IMG/VR virus record: IMGVR_UViG_3300034072_000926
Location: 62,001-126,000 of that record
DNA: 64,000 bases
Strand: one strand, 5' to 3'
Shown here in pieces: positions 1-8,756 of the stretch (positions are counted from its first letter, which is position 1; the number at the start of each line of letters is the position of its first letter). Both the position numbers and the translations under genes were made by a program. The notes below the pieces were generated by a model. It made no database searches. It was given only the letters and a program-made list of their open reading frames with translations, and was not told the origin of the DNA.

Positions 1-288
1 TTCGGTGGAGAAATATCCTTCAGTGCGAAACGCACCATCACTCTCGCCGCGCCAGAACGACTTGTAGCCAAGCAAGTCAATTGCGATGAGCCGCTTGAGT
101 TCCTCAACCTTGAACCCCTTGCAGAGCTGAGACACTTCGCCCCTGGTCAGATACAAGTCATCAGGAGTTTCTGCCGATAGCTTCTTCATGATCAGCTTCG
201 TGTGGAAAGCCTTGAGGAAATTATAGGCCGGGCTGTCTTCGGTAATGACAGCGTAGCTCTTGCCGTCAATGACTTCGATATCATACAT
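1..288 (-). CDS. hypothetical protein, truncated by window start (MYDIEVIDGKSYAV...GYFSTE)
   Basis: Open frame from ATG at 288 to the window edge, overlapping the stop of the upstream gene; not in ORF track. Confidence 0.6.
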   Translation of the reverse strand, partial: MYDIEVIDGKSYAVITEDSPAYNFLKAFHTKLIMKKLSAETPDDLYLTRGEVSQLCKGFKVEELKRLIAIDLLGYKSFWRGESDGAFRTEGYFSTE

Positions 289-574
289 AAGGTCTTGCCT
301 CACAGATTAGATCGTCGTACCAGGTCAGTTTCGCAAGCACCGCGTCCTTGGGATTCTTGAACGAGATGTTTCGACCGCTTTTCATATCATCGATGCTATA
401 TAGATCAGTGGTATGGTTGTTCAACCATATTGTTTCCTGCATAGACGGCGAACGATTCAGACCCAATTGGGTCTTGAAACGCAGGTTGCGCTTGCGATGA
501 GGATGACGAAACACCTTGAGCTTGATGGCATCCTGGCGAGTCATTTTCTTCACGATGTCACTGAGCTTCTTCAT
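281..574 (-). CDS. small phage protein with C-terminal FKLxW-type motif (KDAVLAKLTW)
   Basis: ORF track; ATGA coupling with neighbour; shared motif. Confidence 0.7.
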   Translation of the reverse strand: MKKLSDIVKKMTRQDAIKLKVFRHPHRKRNLRFKTQLGLNRSPSMQETIWLNNHTTDLYSIDDMKSGRNISFKNPKDAVLAKLTWYDDLICEARPYV

Positions 575-798
575 CTTCCACCAAAGGTCAGCTTGAACAA
601 CATTGCAGTCTTATGATCCTTGAATGTCCAGTCCACCCAACAGTGGGTCTGATCATTACAAGCCTTGAACGAGTAGTCATGCCATACTGACAGACCCTTA
701 CCAAGCATCCAATGAGCACATTCGGGAAAGGCATCAACGACATTACTGCCGATGGGATAGCCGTCCTTGAGCTTAGAGGTCCGAACAGTGACGGTCAT
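571..798 (-). CDS. small phage protein with C-terminal FKLxW-type motif (KTAMLFKLTFGG)
   Basis: ORF track; ATGA overlaps on both sides; motif. Confidence 0.75.
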   Translation of the reverse strand: MTVTVRTSKLKDGYPIGSNVVDAFPECAHWMLGKGLSVWHDYSFKACNDQTHCWVDWTFKDHKTAMLFKLTFGGR

Positions 799-1082
799 TT
801 TCCGCCGAACCGCAACTTGAACAAAGCCGCGAGATCCTTGCTTGGGAAATAGAACTTAGTGACTTCGTATTCACCGTTCTCTGTCGAGCAGGACATATCG
901 AATCCGTGGGCATCGCACCAATCAACAACTTCAGGCCCAACCTTGTAGTTGAATGTGTCTCCATATTTGCCACAGGGAACCTTGATCAGGTACGGACGAA
1001 TATCGAAGACTAGTTCAAACTTTCCTTGCCGCTCCTTTTTAAGATTGGCAAGGAAAGCCTCGACTTGCTCTCTGGAAGCCAT
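795..1082 (-). CDS. small phage protein with C-terminal FKLxW-type motif (DLAALFKLRFGG)
   Basis: Start re-assigned to ATG 1082 (TAATG overlap with the cca stop). Confidence 0.7.
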   Translation of the reverse strand: MASREQVEAFLANLKKERQGKFELVFDIRPYLIKVPCGKYGDTFNYKVGPEVVDWCDAHGFDMSCSTENGEYEVTKFYFPSKDLAALFKLRFGGK

Positions 1083-2236
1083 TATTCGACCTCCAGCAGT
1101 TCTTCCTTGGTCTTCGTCCAGCGACTGAACGTCCAAGCCTGCTTCATCCGATTCAGCTTCTGACCCATTTCCGGACCGGGCTTCATGCCCATATCCAGCA
1201 AGTCCTTACCACGAACCGGGAAGGTCGGGATCTCGAAGTTGCGAGCATAATCGGCCAGCAACGTCTCGCCCTGCACTTCTGCAAAGCTCACGACATGATC
1301 CCGAGGGAACTCGTCCCGAGTCAGCATCACTTCGATCCGCTGTTCGTCCAGGAACACGCCGCGGTTGCGGATCATGTTCCGAACCTTTGCCTCTTCCGGC
1401 GAGCTCATCTTCCAGAACTTGAAGAACTTCTCTTCATCAGTGCTGGCGACCAGCGTAGCCAGTGCGGCCAGCGCATCATCGGCACGGGTCAGTTCAGCGG
1501 GGTTGAAGCGGAAGATGCCCAGTGCCCGATTGACCTGAGTCTTGAAGATCGCGTCCACGATCCGCGTCCGACCCGGCATCTTGGGATCCAGCAGCTTCTG
1601 CATTTCCAGCCAGAACCGCTCAACGCTTACGACGTTCAGCTTGTCCAGAACTTCACCCTCAGCGAAGATATCCAGCGTGTCCTGATCCATCGAAGCATCG
1701 AATCGTGCTGCGAAGCGGAAGTAGCGCAGGATACGCAGGTAGTCCTCTTCAACGCGCTTGCGCGCATCGCCGACGAACCGAACGACCTTGGCTTCCAGAT
1801 CCGCCCGACCATTGAAGTAGTCGAAGACTTCGCCCTTCATGTCCATCGACATTGCGTTGATGGTCAGGTCGCGCCGTTCTGCATCGACTTCGAAGCTGCG
1901 AGTGAATTCCACCGTTGCATGACGACCGTCAGTCTCAGTGTCGATCCGCAGCGTGGTGACTTCGAAGGGTTCGCCATCAACGACCAGCGTAGCCGTGCCG
2001 TGCTGGATACCGGTCGGGATAAAACCGAACTTGTTGATCTCTGCGATGATCTTCATTTCGTCCGGCGTTGCATCGGTTGCGAAGTCGATATCCTTGGGTT
2101 CCACACCCAGCAGCGCATCACGAACACAGCCGCCGACGAACCGGACCTCATGACCCGCCATATCGAAGGCTTTCATCAGCTTCTTCGTCTTCGGGGTCAT
2201 CAGTTTGTCCAGCATGTCGATCTCCTTGTTGTTCAT
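1082..2236 (-). CDS. cca: CCA tRNA nucleotidyltransferase (class II, poly(A) polymerase family)
   Basis: VGGCVRD, DIDFAT, EVTTLR, RRDLTINAM, EDYLRILRYFRF motifs; C-terminal FPVRGKDL..G.KPGPEMG. Confidence 0.93.
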   Translation of the reverse strand: MNNKEIDMLDKLMTPKTKKLMKAFDMAGHEVRFVGGCVRDALLGVEPKDIDFATDATPDEMKIIAEINKFGFIPTGIQHGTATLVVDGEPFEVTTLRIDTETDGRHATVEFTRSFEVDAERRDLTINAMSMDMKGEVFDYFNGRADLEAKVVRFVGDARKRVEEDYLRILRYFRFAARFDASMDQDTLDIFAEGEVLDKLNVVSVERFWLEMQKLLDPKMPGRTRIVDAIFKTQVNRALGIFRFNPAELTRADDALAALATLVASTDEEKFFKFWKMSSPEEAKVRNMIRNRGVFLDEQRIEVMLTRDEFPRDHVVSFAEVQGETLLADYARNFEIPTFPVRGKDLLDMGMKPGPEMGQKLNRMKQAWTFSRWTKTKEELLEVE

Positions 2237-2259
2237 GTAACGCTTCTAGCATGAACAGG

Positions 2260-2505
2260 TTAGGAGTCAACCGATATTATTTCTGTATTCCATGACAATT
2301 TTGCTAACATTGCGGTTTCTTTTGAAACTACTAAATGCCAAACAGCCGGCCCAGGCCACATTTCATGCTGGATTTTAACTCTTTCCAAACCCTTACTTCG
2401 AGAAGCATTTTCAATATCAAATTGCCATTCGGGTTCGTATCTGTCTAACCATTCTAATAATTCTTCAGTTTGGTTCGGCATTGCTTCTATGTAGAGATGG
2501 ATCAT
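2260..2505 (-). CDS. small phage protein with FKLxW-type motif (ETAMLAKLSW)
   Basis: ORF track; ATGA overlap with HNH gene; motif. Confidence 0.65.
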   Translation of the reverse strand: MIHLYIEAMPNQTEELLEWLDRYEPEWQFDIENASRSKGLERVKIQHEMWPGPAVWHLVVSKETAMLAKLSWNTEIISVDS

Positions 2506-3287
2506 ACCAGATCCTTCGGATCTACTGAACTATTTGCGATCTTCGCAAGACGCCGGTCTTCAATGACCTGCCAGCGACGAGCCATTTCAGCACGAACCTC
2601 ATCGACGGCTTGTTGCCATTCAGGCTTTACATAGAGCAAGACTGCGATCTTCCACATCAGCAGATTCTTAGCGTCTTTGCGCTTTTCCTTAACCTTGACC
2701 TTCTTCTCTTGAAGCCGGGCAGCTTTCATCTTGCAGTAGACGCGCCATGCCTCTGGATTCTGTCGCAGTTTCAGGAACTTGTTGAACTTCATGTCGCCGC
2801 GCAGGTTGTTGCACCCGCTACAGGACATCACAACATTGCTCAGGTGATCCGTGCCGCCTTTGCCTTGACACACGATATGCTCAAGGGTTGCTCGACGATT
2901 ATTGGAAATCGGAGTATCACCGGGAAGCCAGGATTTCTGACCACAGAAGTAGCAGAGGCCGCCTTGAAGATGAAACATCTTAGTGGTCTTGCGACGACGA
3001 GCATTGGTGAACTTTGTGTACCACTCCTCTTTCGCTTCAGGAGTCGTCCACTTTTTACGGACGGCGCGTCCGATTAGTTGAGTGTAGCTGATCCCACCCG
3101 AGAGCTTTCCAGGCTTTTTGCTTTGCACGACGGCAAAGTCGAACGGGAAAGACAATGGGCCAGAAGATCCAATAGTTCCAGTTGATGGAACCGCGGCGCT
3201 TGGGGCTGATTCCACACTTGACGACGTATGGGATGAGCAAGATGAGACACAGGACGAATACGACGTTTTTGCCTCTGTCGCTACCAC
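2502..3287 (-). CDS. HNH endonuclease (start uncertain; GTG 3128 is an alternative)
   Basis: CYFCG...TLEHIV..GKGGTD..SNVVMSCSGCNNLRG zinc-finger HNH motif. Confidence 0.85.
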   Translation of the reverse strand: MVATEAKTSYSSCVSSCSSHTSSSVESAPSAAVPSTGTIGSSGPLSFPFDFAVVQSKKPGKLSGGISYTQLIGRAVRKKWTTPEAKEEWYTKFTNARRRKTTKMFHLQGGLCYFCGQKSWLPGDTPISNNRRATLEHIVCQGKGGTDHLSNVVMSCSGCNNLRGDMKFNKFLKLRQNPEAWRVYCKMKAARLQEKKVKVKEKRKDAKNLLMWKIAVLLYVKPEWQQAVDEVRAEMARRWQVIEDRRLAKIANSSVDPKDLV

Positions 3288-3303
3288 CCGAAAACACTCC
3301 CAT
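3055..3303 (-). CDS. small putative membrane protein overlapping the 5' part of the HNH ORF
   Basis: GGAGGT Shine-Dalgarno just upstream of ATG 3303; two hydrophobic segments; C-ending codon bias. Confidence 0.5.
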   Translation of the reverse strand: MGVFSGGSDRGKNVVFVLCLILLIPYVVKCGISPKRRGSINWNYWIFWPIVFPVRLCRRAKQKAWKALGWDQLHSTNRTRRP

Positions 3304-3330
3304 AACTACCTCCGTTGCTCACCGCTTACG

Positions 3331-3552
3331 TTAGAGTCCGCCCCATGTCAACTTGAATAGTGACGCGATGTTAGGGTTGGCGAACATAAAATGGTGCTTG
3401 CCTTTGTGCGGTCCACAGTAGAGATAATCATGACGAATATTGAGGCCTTGCTCGTCAACCCAATCGATCAGGTCGGATATAGGGTGACTATCGCTGACTA
3501 GGATTTTGACCATATTTTCTAGTGGAATCAATACCGCCATTAGAAACCCCAA
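3331..3552 (-). CDS. small phage protein with FKLxW-type motif (NIASLFKLTWGG)
   Basis: ORF track; motif. Confidence 0.7.
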   Translation of the reverse strand: MGFLMAVLIPLENMVKILVSDSHPISDLIDWVDEQGLNIRHDYLYCGPHKGKHHFMFANPNIASLFKLTWGGL

Positions 3553-4235
3553 TTCTCACGTTCGTTCTCTTCCCTGAGGAGACGTTCGAGTTCATCATCC
3601 TCAAAATCGTCATCATCCTCGTTCAGACCTTCATGATCTGCGGTCTTACTGATCCACTTCTCTGCATCGAAGTCGTTGATCTCAAAGTCACGATACAGAC
3701 CAACAACCCTGACATGATAGAATGTCGAATTCTCGAAACTCTCATAGGTGACCTGCTGGCAATAGAGGCCGAACGCTGCCAAACCCTGAGTCAGAGCAAT
3801 CGAATCCATCATCTTCATGCCGACCCTAACATAAAAGTTGATGGTCAGATTGAATCCCGGTCCGTTGACCTCTTCTTCCGAATAGCCGTTGTGTCCATAT
3901 GTGGTCGAGATGTTATCGTCAGCCATAACGCTTACGATCTCGGCCTTATAGAAATTGAGACCTGCTCGGTCCTTATCCAGTATGTTGAACGGACAGGCTT
4001 GGACCTCGAATGGCTTTTGAAGCCATGCCTCAAGTTCATCCAGACTATGGAAGTTCTGAACGTCTTGGCGAATAGGCAAATATTGCCTGATTGCAAGACG
4101 CAATGACCGATAATCCTGAGCACGTTTGCCCCAGGACCCATTGATCAGAACAGTCATGTTGTCGAGCAGGCTATTGTAATAGTTCCGCCACATTCGTAGC
4201 GGATACTGCTCGTTTGTGACTAGGCTGCGTTTCAT
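3540..4235 (-). CDS. hypothetical protein with acidic tail
   Basis: 231-aa ORF with ATGA coupling to upstream gene. Confidence 0.7.
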   Translation of the reverse strand: MKRSLVTNEQYPLRMWRNYYNSLLDNMTVLINGSWGKRAQDYRSLRLAIRQYLPIRQDVQNFHSLDELEAWLQKPFEVQACPFNILDKDRAGLNFYKAEIVSVMADDNISTTYGHNGYSEEEVNGPGFNLTINFYVRVGMKMMDSIALTQGLAAFGLYCQQVTYESFENSTFYHVRVVGLYRDFEINDFDAEKWISKTADHEGLNEDDDDFEDDELERLLREENERENWGF

Positions 4236-5356
4236 CGCACTTCCTTGATCCGATTCATTAACGTGGACTTCTTGCCCTTATATTCGTCATGCTTCTTGAC
4301 AGTGCCCCTGATCCGAACACGCTTACCTTCCTTGCCACGGAATACTGGCTTAGTGGCGAACCACTTGTAGACATTGCCAGAGTGATCATGGAAGCTATGG
4401 AGGAAGCATGTATCGAGAGTCCGAACATTGTCCACGATGACTTCCACTTCAAGCTTCTGATCGATCACGCCTTGGAATTCACTGCTCAGGGGTCCAGTGC
4501 GATTGCGCGAATAATACACGCCTACGATCGAGGCCGCGATGCCAATGCTCCGTTCCTCGAGTGCTTCGCTGTTGGCGACTACATGGCAGTTGTGCTCATA
4601 GTCAGAGAGTTCGCCCTCGAGTCCCCGTGCCCAGTCAAGAGCAGCGTTTGCGAGGTTCCGTGCTGCGCTGGAGGCCAGAGGAAGCTGGCGGCTCATTGAG
4701 CCCCATACGCGATCTGAGGTGCTCTGATATCCAGTCTCACGAGCAACCCGGCGACTCACGAAGCCATTTTCCAGGATGCTTGATGCACAGAGGGTCATGA
4801 AGTCCTCAGTATCGATCCAGCGATAATCCCGAAGCGAAGAGGAGTCGAAATTGCGAACACCACGTGCAAATTCGCCGATACTGGCGACCAGTTCAGCCAT
4901 CTTGGCCCATTTGTCTGCGTCTCCGTGACCGAGGAAGTCCTTGAGGCACGAACTGCCAACTTGCTTGAAGCCATGATCTTCATGGAAGACCACGAACGTA
5001 TCACGCCGACGACGCTTGTGACCGCAATGGTCACAGGATGGATCACTGTGGCGATATTCCTCTGGGAGATCGCGAAGACCAGTGGTGCGGACGATATTGC
5101 CAGTCTCATTGCCGTGGTCGATTCGTGCCACAAACTCCCAGCCGTCCAGCTTGGGTTCGGGGAAGGCAACGAAGACCTCGTTGATACGATGTCCGTAGAA
5201 TTTGGATTGTTTGTTCTCTTCCTTGTGGAAGCCCACAACAGTGAGGAAGAGCCGCTCGCCGGTCAGACGCTTTGCGCGCTTGGCGAGAGTCTCGAGCTTG
5301 GCCTTAAACCATTCGAAGCCGTCTGCGGGAATTTCGTAAGTTTTGCCTTCAGCCAC
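4232..5356 (-). CDS. conserved phage protein with Cys/His metal-binding motif and probable C-terminal OB fold
   Basis: CDHCGHKRRR..QVGSSCLKDFLG; C-terminal IRGTVKKHDEYKGKKSTLMNR; AGGAG RBS and sigma70-like promoter upstream. Confidence 0.7.
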   Translation of the reverse strand: MAEGKTYEIPADGFEWFKAKLETLAKRAKRLTGERLFLTVVGFHKEENKQSKFYGHRINEVFVAFPEPKLDGWEFVARIDHGNETGNIVRTTGLRDLPEEYRHSDPSCDHCGHKRRRRDTFVVFHEDHGFKQVGSSCLKDFLGHGDADKWAKMAELVASIGEFARGVRNFDSSSLRDYRWIDTEDFMTLCASSILENGFVSRRVARETGYQSTSDRVWGSMSRQLPLASSAARNLANAALDWARGLEGELSDYEHNCHVVANSEALEERSIGIAASIVGVYYSRNRTGPLSSEFQGVIDQKLEVEVIVDNVRTLDTCFLHSFHDHSGNVYKWFATKPVFRGKEGKRVRIRGTVKKHDEYKGKKSTLMNRIKEVR

Positions 5357-5423
5357 GTTCGATCTCCTGTTGTGTTATTTCGTATCATAACATCAAACAG
5401 GATTGAGTCAACCAGAAAAGGTG

Positions 5424-5456
5424 AAGCCCCTATCAGTTCTACCAATAGGGGCTTTC
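5424..5456 (-). terminator. intrinsic terminator hairpin
   Basis: AAGCCCCTAT...ATAGGGGCTT inverted repeat after the stop at 5460. Confidence 0.6.
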
Positions 5457-5459
5457 TAA

Positions 5460-6413
5460 TTAGTCGTTAGGCGCTAATGCGTTCACATTGAATGTAGCGA
5501 CAACCGCAGGAGTTCCGTCCTTTGGAGTAGCAGTTGCGGTGATCTTATAGAGACCTTCCTTATAGCTAGGATGGATAAAGCTCACACGCTGGATGTTCTG
5601 AAGGATATCACCCTTTTCGCTCACATAGGAGTCTGTGATCGTGCCATACGGGCTATTGATCACAATAGTATCATTGCGATTTACTAGGAAGAAGTTACCG
5701 ATCGCGATCCCATCCTTCTCAAAAGCAATTGAGATATCATAGAGATCGGTCAGCTTATGATTGCCTGGATTCTGCTTTAGACCAAAAGCAAAGCGCAGGT
5801 TCCAATCTTCCTTGATCTGATTGCCAGAAGCATTCACTGCCTTAGACAATAGCTGGAAGGTATAGGTTCCGCTCACTGAGTCAGGATTGCCCGAAGACGA
5901 ACCCCTGAAGCCTGGACCAACTGCAACCTCAATACGACCGTCAGTTGCAACCTGCATCTTGTTGATAGGATTAGTATTACCAAGAAGCATGTAGGAAGTG
6001 CTTGGCTTGCGGAACTGGGTTCCAAGCGAGCTATTTGCAGTTGAGGTAGGAGCCACAACAGTTGCGGCCTCGATTGGGTTCTCGACAGTTTCGATCGTGA
6101 AGGCAGAGTTACCCGTTGCATTCCAGCTTGCCTGTTCGCCAGTGCTAGTAGTCAGAACTCGACCCTTGAAGCCGTCGACCTGAACGATCTGACCAACGCT
6201 ATTCATAACATTGACGCTCATTTCACCAGGGGCTAGATCTTCAGCGGGCTTTGCGACAAGCTTGGACCTCACTTCTTCACCATCGACGTTGATGATGAAT
6301 TCACGGGTTGCAGTCTGCTTTACGAGGTAACCCTCAACTTCGCTGCCGTCCACAATAGTCTTGCAACGGATCGCGTCTGGTCCAAAGAACTTCTTACTTA
6401 CAGGACGTCCCAT
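5460..6413 (-). CDS. putative virion protein, paralogous N-terminal domain to 6468-7139
   Basis: Starts MGRPVSKKFFG with AGGAG RBS; GYLVKQT motif shared with neighbour. Confidence 0.7.
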   Translation of the reverse strand: MGRPVSKKFFGPDAIRCKTIVDGSEVEGYLVKQTATREFIINVDGEEVRSKLVAKPAEDLAPGEMSVNVMNSVGQIVQVDGFKGRVLTTSTGEQASWNATGNSAFTIETVENPIEAATVVAPTSTANSSLGTQFRKPSTSYMLLGNTNPINKMQVATDGRIEVAVGPGFRGSSSGNPDSVSGTYTFQLLSKAVNASGNQIKEDWNLRFAFGLKQNPGNHKLTDLYDISIAFEKDGIAIGNFFLVNRNDTIVINSPYGTITDSYVSEKGDILQNIQRVSFIHPSYKEGLYKITATATPKDGTPAVVATFNVNALAPND

Positions 6414-6434
6414 ATCATTCTCCTTAATCAAAGA

Positions 6435-6462
6435 AATAGGGTAGTGTTTCCACTACCCTATT
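6435..6462 (-). terminator. intrinsic terminator hairpin (GAAA-type loop)
   Basis: AATAGGGTAGTG-TTTC-CACTACCCTATT, followed by a U-rich run on the minus strand. Confidence 0.65.
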
Positions 6463-6467
6463 GTCTA

Positions 6468-7139
6468 TTAGGCTACGGTCAGAGTGCCTGCATTCGAGGT
6501 GACCGAAGTTGCACCAGCTGCGCTAACAACGCAACGATACTGGTTGCCGTTCAGGCCAGTCGAGTTAGCAATGTTCAGGGTAGCTGCGGTTGCACCAGTG
6601 TAAACGCCGCCGTTCGAGACGTTGGCGAAAGCTGCTGCGCCGACTTTGACCTGCCACTGGTAGGTCAGAGTTGCACCCTGGGTAGCAGTTGCAGCGACCA
6701 CGAAAGTGGTAGCTGCTGGAGCGGTAACGCTGCGGTTGGTTGGCTGAGTAGTGATCGTGATCACTGGAGCAGGTAGCGAGAACGAGTCGCCAGTTGCTTC
6801 AGCTTCGACCTTGCCACCAGCTGCGGCAGCGAAGTCCCACTTTACCGTGGTGCCATCGTCTAGGGTTGCGGTGCGACCCTTGATGCTCTTCATAGCCTTG
6901 ACAGTGCCACCGGTGTTACGAGCAAAAACGACCATTTCGCCGTCTTCAAGTTCGCCAGCTTCCTTGACAACTAGATTGCAGCGACCCTTGGTTCCGTCGA
7001 CCATAACGTCGAAGGTGTGAGTGCCGGTCTGCTTAACGATGTAGCCGTAACCTTCGGCTTCGCCTTCGACCTTAGCGAGGACCTTGAACGAGGAACCTGC
7101 TTCGTCACCGAAGAACTTCTTATTGAGTGGACGTCCCAT
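6468..7139 (-). CDS. Ig-like domain virion (head/tail decoration) protein
   Basis: C-terminal ITTQP...LTYQWQ...NGNQYRCVVS...TSNAGTLTV immunoglobulin signature; TAAATA late promoter upstream. Confidence 0.8.
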   Translation of the reverse strand: MGRPLNKKFFGDEAGSSFKVLAKVEGEAEGYGYIVKQTGTHTFDVMVDGTKGRCNLVVKEAGELEDGEMVVFARNTGGTVKAMKSIKGRTATLDDGTTVKWDFAAAAGGKVEAEATGDSFSLPAPVITITTQPTNRSVTAPAATTFVVAATATQGATLTYQWQVKVGAAAFANVSNGGVYTGATAATLNIANSTGLNGNQYRCVVSAAGATSVTSNAGTLTVA

Positions 7140-7188
7140 GTGAATCTCCTAAATAGGCGTGGGTTTTACCTATTTAGTGGAAAATGGG

Positions 7189-7619
7189 CTATATGGACAA
7201 CTTCATGAGCATTATTCGACCTGGCGAGTCAGCGAGAGGAACGTCGAGGATTGACGCAACGTGTGGAATGCCGCGCATCAATTGCTCGTAGTCGACCATT
7301 CCATTTTCTTCCAGATTGAATCTGAACTTGTCGATCGTTGGCCAGTAATTGATCTTGTTTGCAGACAAGCTGCCAGGATGAGTGCCAATACCATCAAGGT
7401 AGGCCATGAAGACAAAGGCCACCTTCCACTGATCATGCTTGTCGATGAGTTCCCAGATCGAATATGAAAGCTTCTGTGCTGCGCGAGTAAGACGCCCGCG
7501 CTCGTAGCCTGTCATATGTTCGTATGACAGATTAGCCAGCCCTGTTGCGGCCTTGTGGCTGTTCGAGACGTTGCGGAGGACTCTCGTCTGCTTCACAACG
7601 TCTCGATAGAGAGATTCAA
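7189..7619 (-). CDS. hypothetical protein ending in GRIMLMKLSI (FKLxW-like tail)
   Basis: 3' part of ORF 7189-7779; start placed at TTG overlapping the NADAR stop (TTGA). Confidence 0.55.
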
Positions 7620-8110
7620 GCTCGTTCAAAGCGATCCCAGATCGGCTTGAGATCCTCACGAACTTGTGTGACAATCTCGCCCAGGAAGTTAGTGCCCAGC
7701 CAGGTCGTGCGATCCAGCGCACGAGGATCATTGGAATCCAGACCAATGCCCCAGATGTTGTCCCAGGGGCTTGCCTCAACTAGCGTGGTTCCATCCGTGC
7801 TGAACAGCCATTCCAGATAGTCCTGGTTCTGAGTGAACTTGGCCATATTGCCGCGATAGACAATGACCTTCATGTTTGCTTCCCAGATGGCTTTGTCGAA
7901 GCCCTTGACTAGTCGACCGGTGGCCTTCTGGACCTTGGGATTGTCGCTAGCCATGATGATCTTCAGTGCATCAGCATCGCCGAACAAGCGAGCCTTCTCT
8001 GCCATCATCCACTGCTCTGCGCAGTTGTATTCGACTTCGCCGATTACGAACGGACTAGGCGCCCACTGGCTTGCCATACCACCGTAAAAGAAAGTAAACT
8101 TTTCGCTCAT
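7616..8110 (-). CDS. NADAR (YbiA-like) family protein
   Basis: SQW.PS.F, YNCAEQWMMAEKA.LFGD, K..GR.V.GF, KFTQN, LVEASPWD.IWGIG, WLG.N.LG motifs. Confidence 0.92.
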   Translation of the reverse strand: MSEKFTFFYGGMASQWAPSPFVIGEVEYNCAEQWMMAEKARLFGDADALKIIMASDNPKVQKATGRLVKGFDKAIWEANMKVIVYRGNMAKFTQNQDYLEWLFSTDGTTLVEASPWDNIWGIGLDSNDPRALDRTTWLGTNFLGEIVTQVREDLKPIWDRFERA

Positions 8111-8304
8111 CACCAACCTCCCGGAACCATCAAATCTGTAGTTTGGGGTGGACCCTTTTGAGTCCTGTCCCAAGCAATAATGTCGCGAATATGTGCCAGG
8201 ATTTCTTCTGGCACAATTTGATTGCGCTTCGGCTTGCCATACTTCAAAGCGAGAGCATCTCGCTGTTTTTCTAGCTCTTGCCGAGTCTTAATCATTCGCA
8301 CCAT
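8110..8304 (-). CDS. hypothetical protein
   Basis: Short ORF filling the gap, overlapping both neighbours. Confidence 0.5.
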   Translation of the reverse strand: MVRMIKTRQELEKQRDALALKYGKPKRNQIVPEEILAHIRDIIAWDRTQKGPPQTTDLMVPGGW

Positions 8305-8717
8305 CCTGCTCGTTTGCCGCCAATATACGGTCTTGCATAACCCCTAGTGATCATCATGTCAGCCAATTTCTGACCACCGACGAAAACATCAGCGTCCACT
8401 CGACCGCCATACTTATCCCACTTGAGATTGGTCAATGTGACCTGACGCCCTGCGGCAACAATCACGCGGGTTGTGAATGCCTTGGCGGCCAGCGCATTGC
8501 GCTTCTCGCTCTCACACTTGCCGCGCATCTCAGGGGTGTCTATGCCCCTTACACGAACGCCGATGCGGCTAAGTTCCGGCGGCAATCCCGGCATATTGAT
8601 GTAGAAGGTATCACCATCATATACGCCGGTCACGGCATAATTGTAGGACGGTGCAGCGGTTGCCGGAGTTGCGACCAAAGCCGCAATAGCAAAAAGGGTG
8701 CTACGAATAAGTTTCAT
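8292..8717 (-). CDS. thermonuclease (SNase family) with signal peptide
   Basis: VYDGDT, VRVRGIDTPE, DKYGGR motifs; N-terminal AxA signal peptide. Confidence 0.9.
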   Translation of the reverse strand: MKLIRSTLFAIAALVATPATAAPSYNYAVTGVYDGDTFYINMPGLPPELSRIGVRVRGIDTPEMRGKCESEKRNALAAKAFTTRVIVAAGRQVTLTNLKWDKYGGRVDADVFVGGQKLADMMITRGYARPYIGGKRAGWCE

Positions 8718-8756
8718 AACACCCTTTTTACATATTTAGATTAGAACGTCAAGCCC

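Noticed and set aside
1295-2254. 319-aa plus-strand ORF
   Set aside because: Antisense shadow of the GC3-rich cca gene; no motifs or RBS.
3045-3062. -1 programmed frameshift at T AAA AAG joining the membrane ORF to HNH
   Set aside because: Only five As, the site coincides with the stop codon, and the frames are related by +1 rather than -1.
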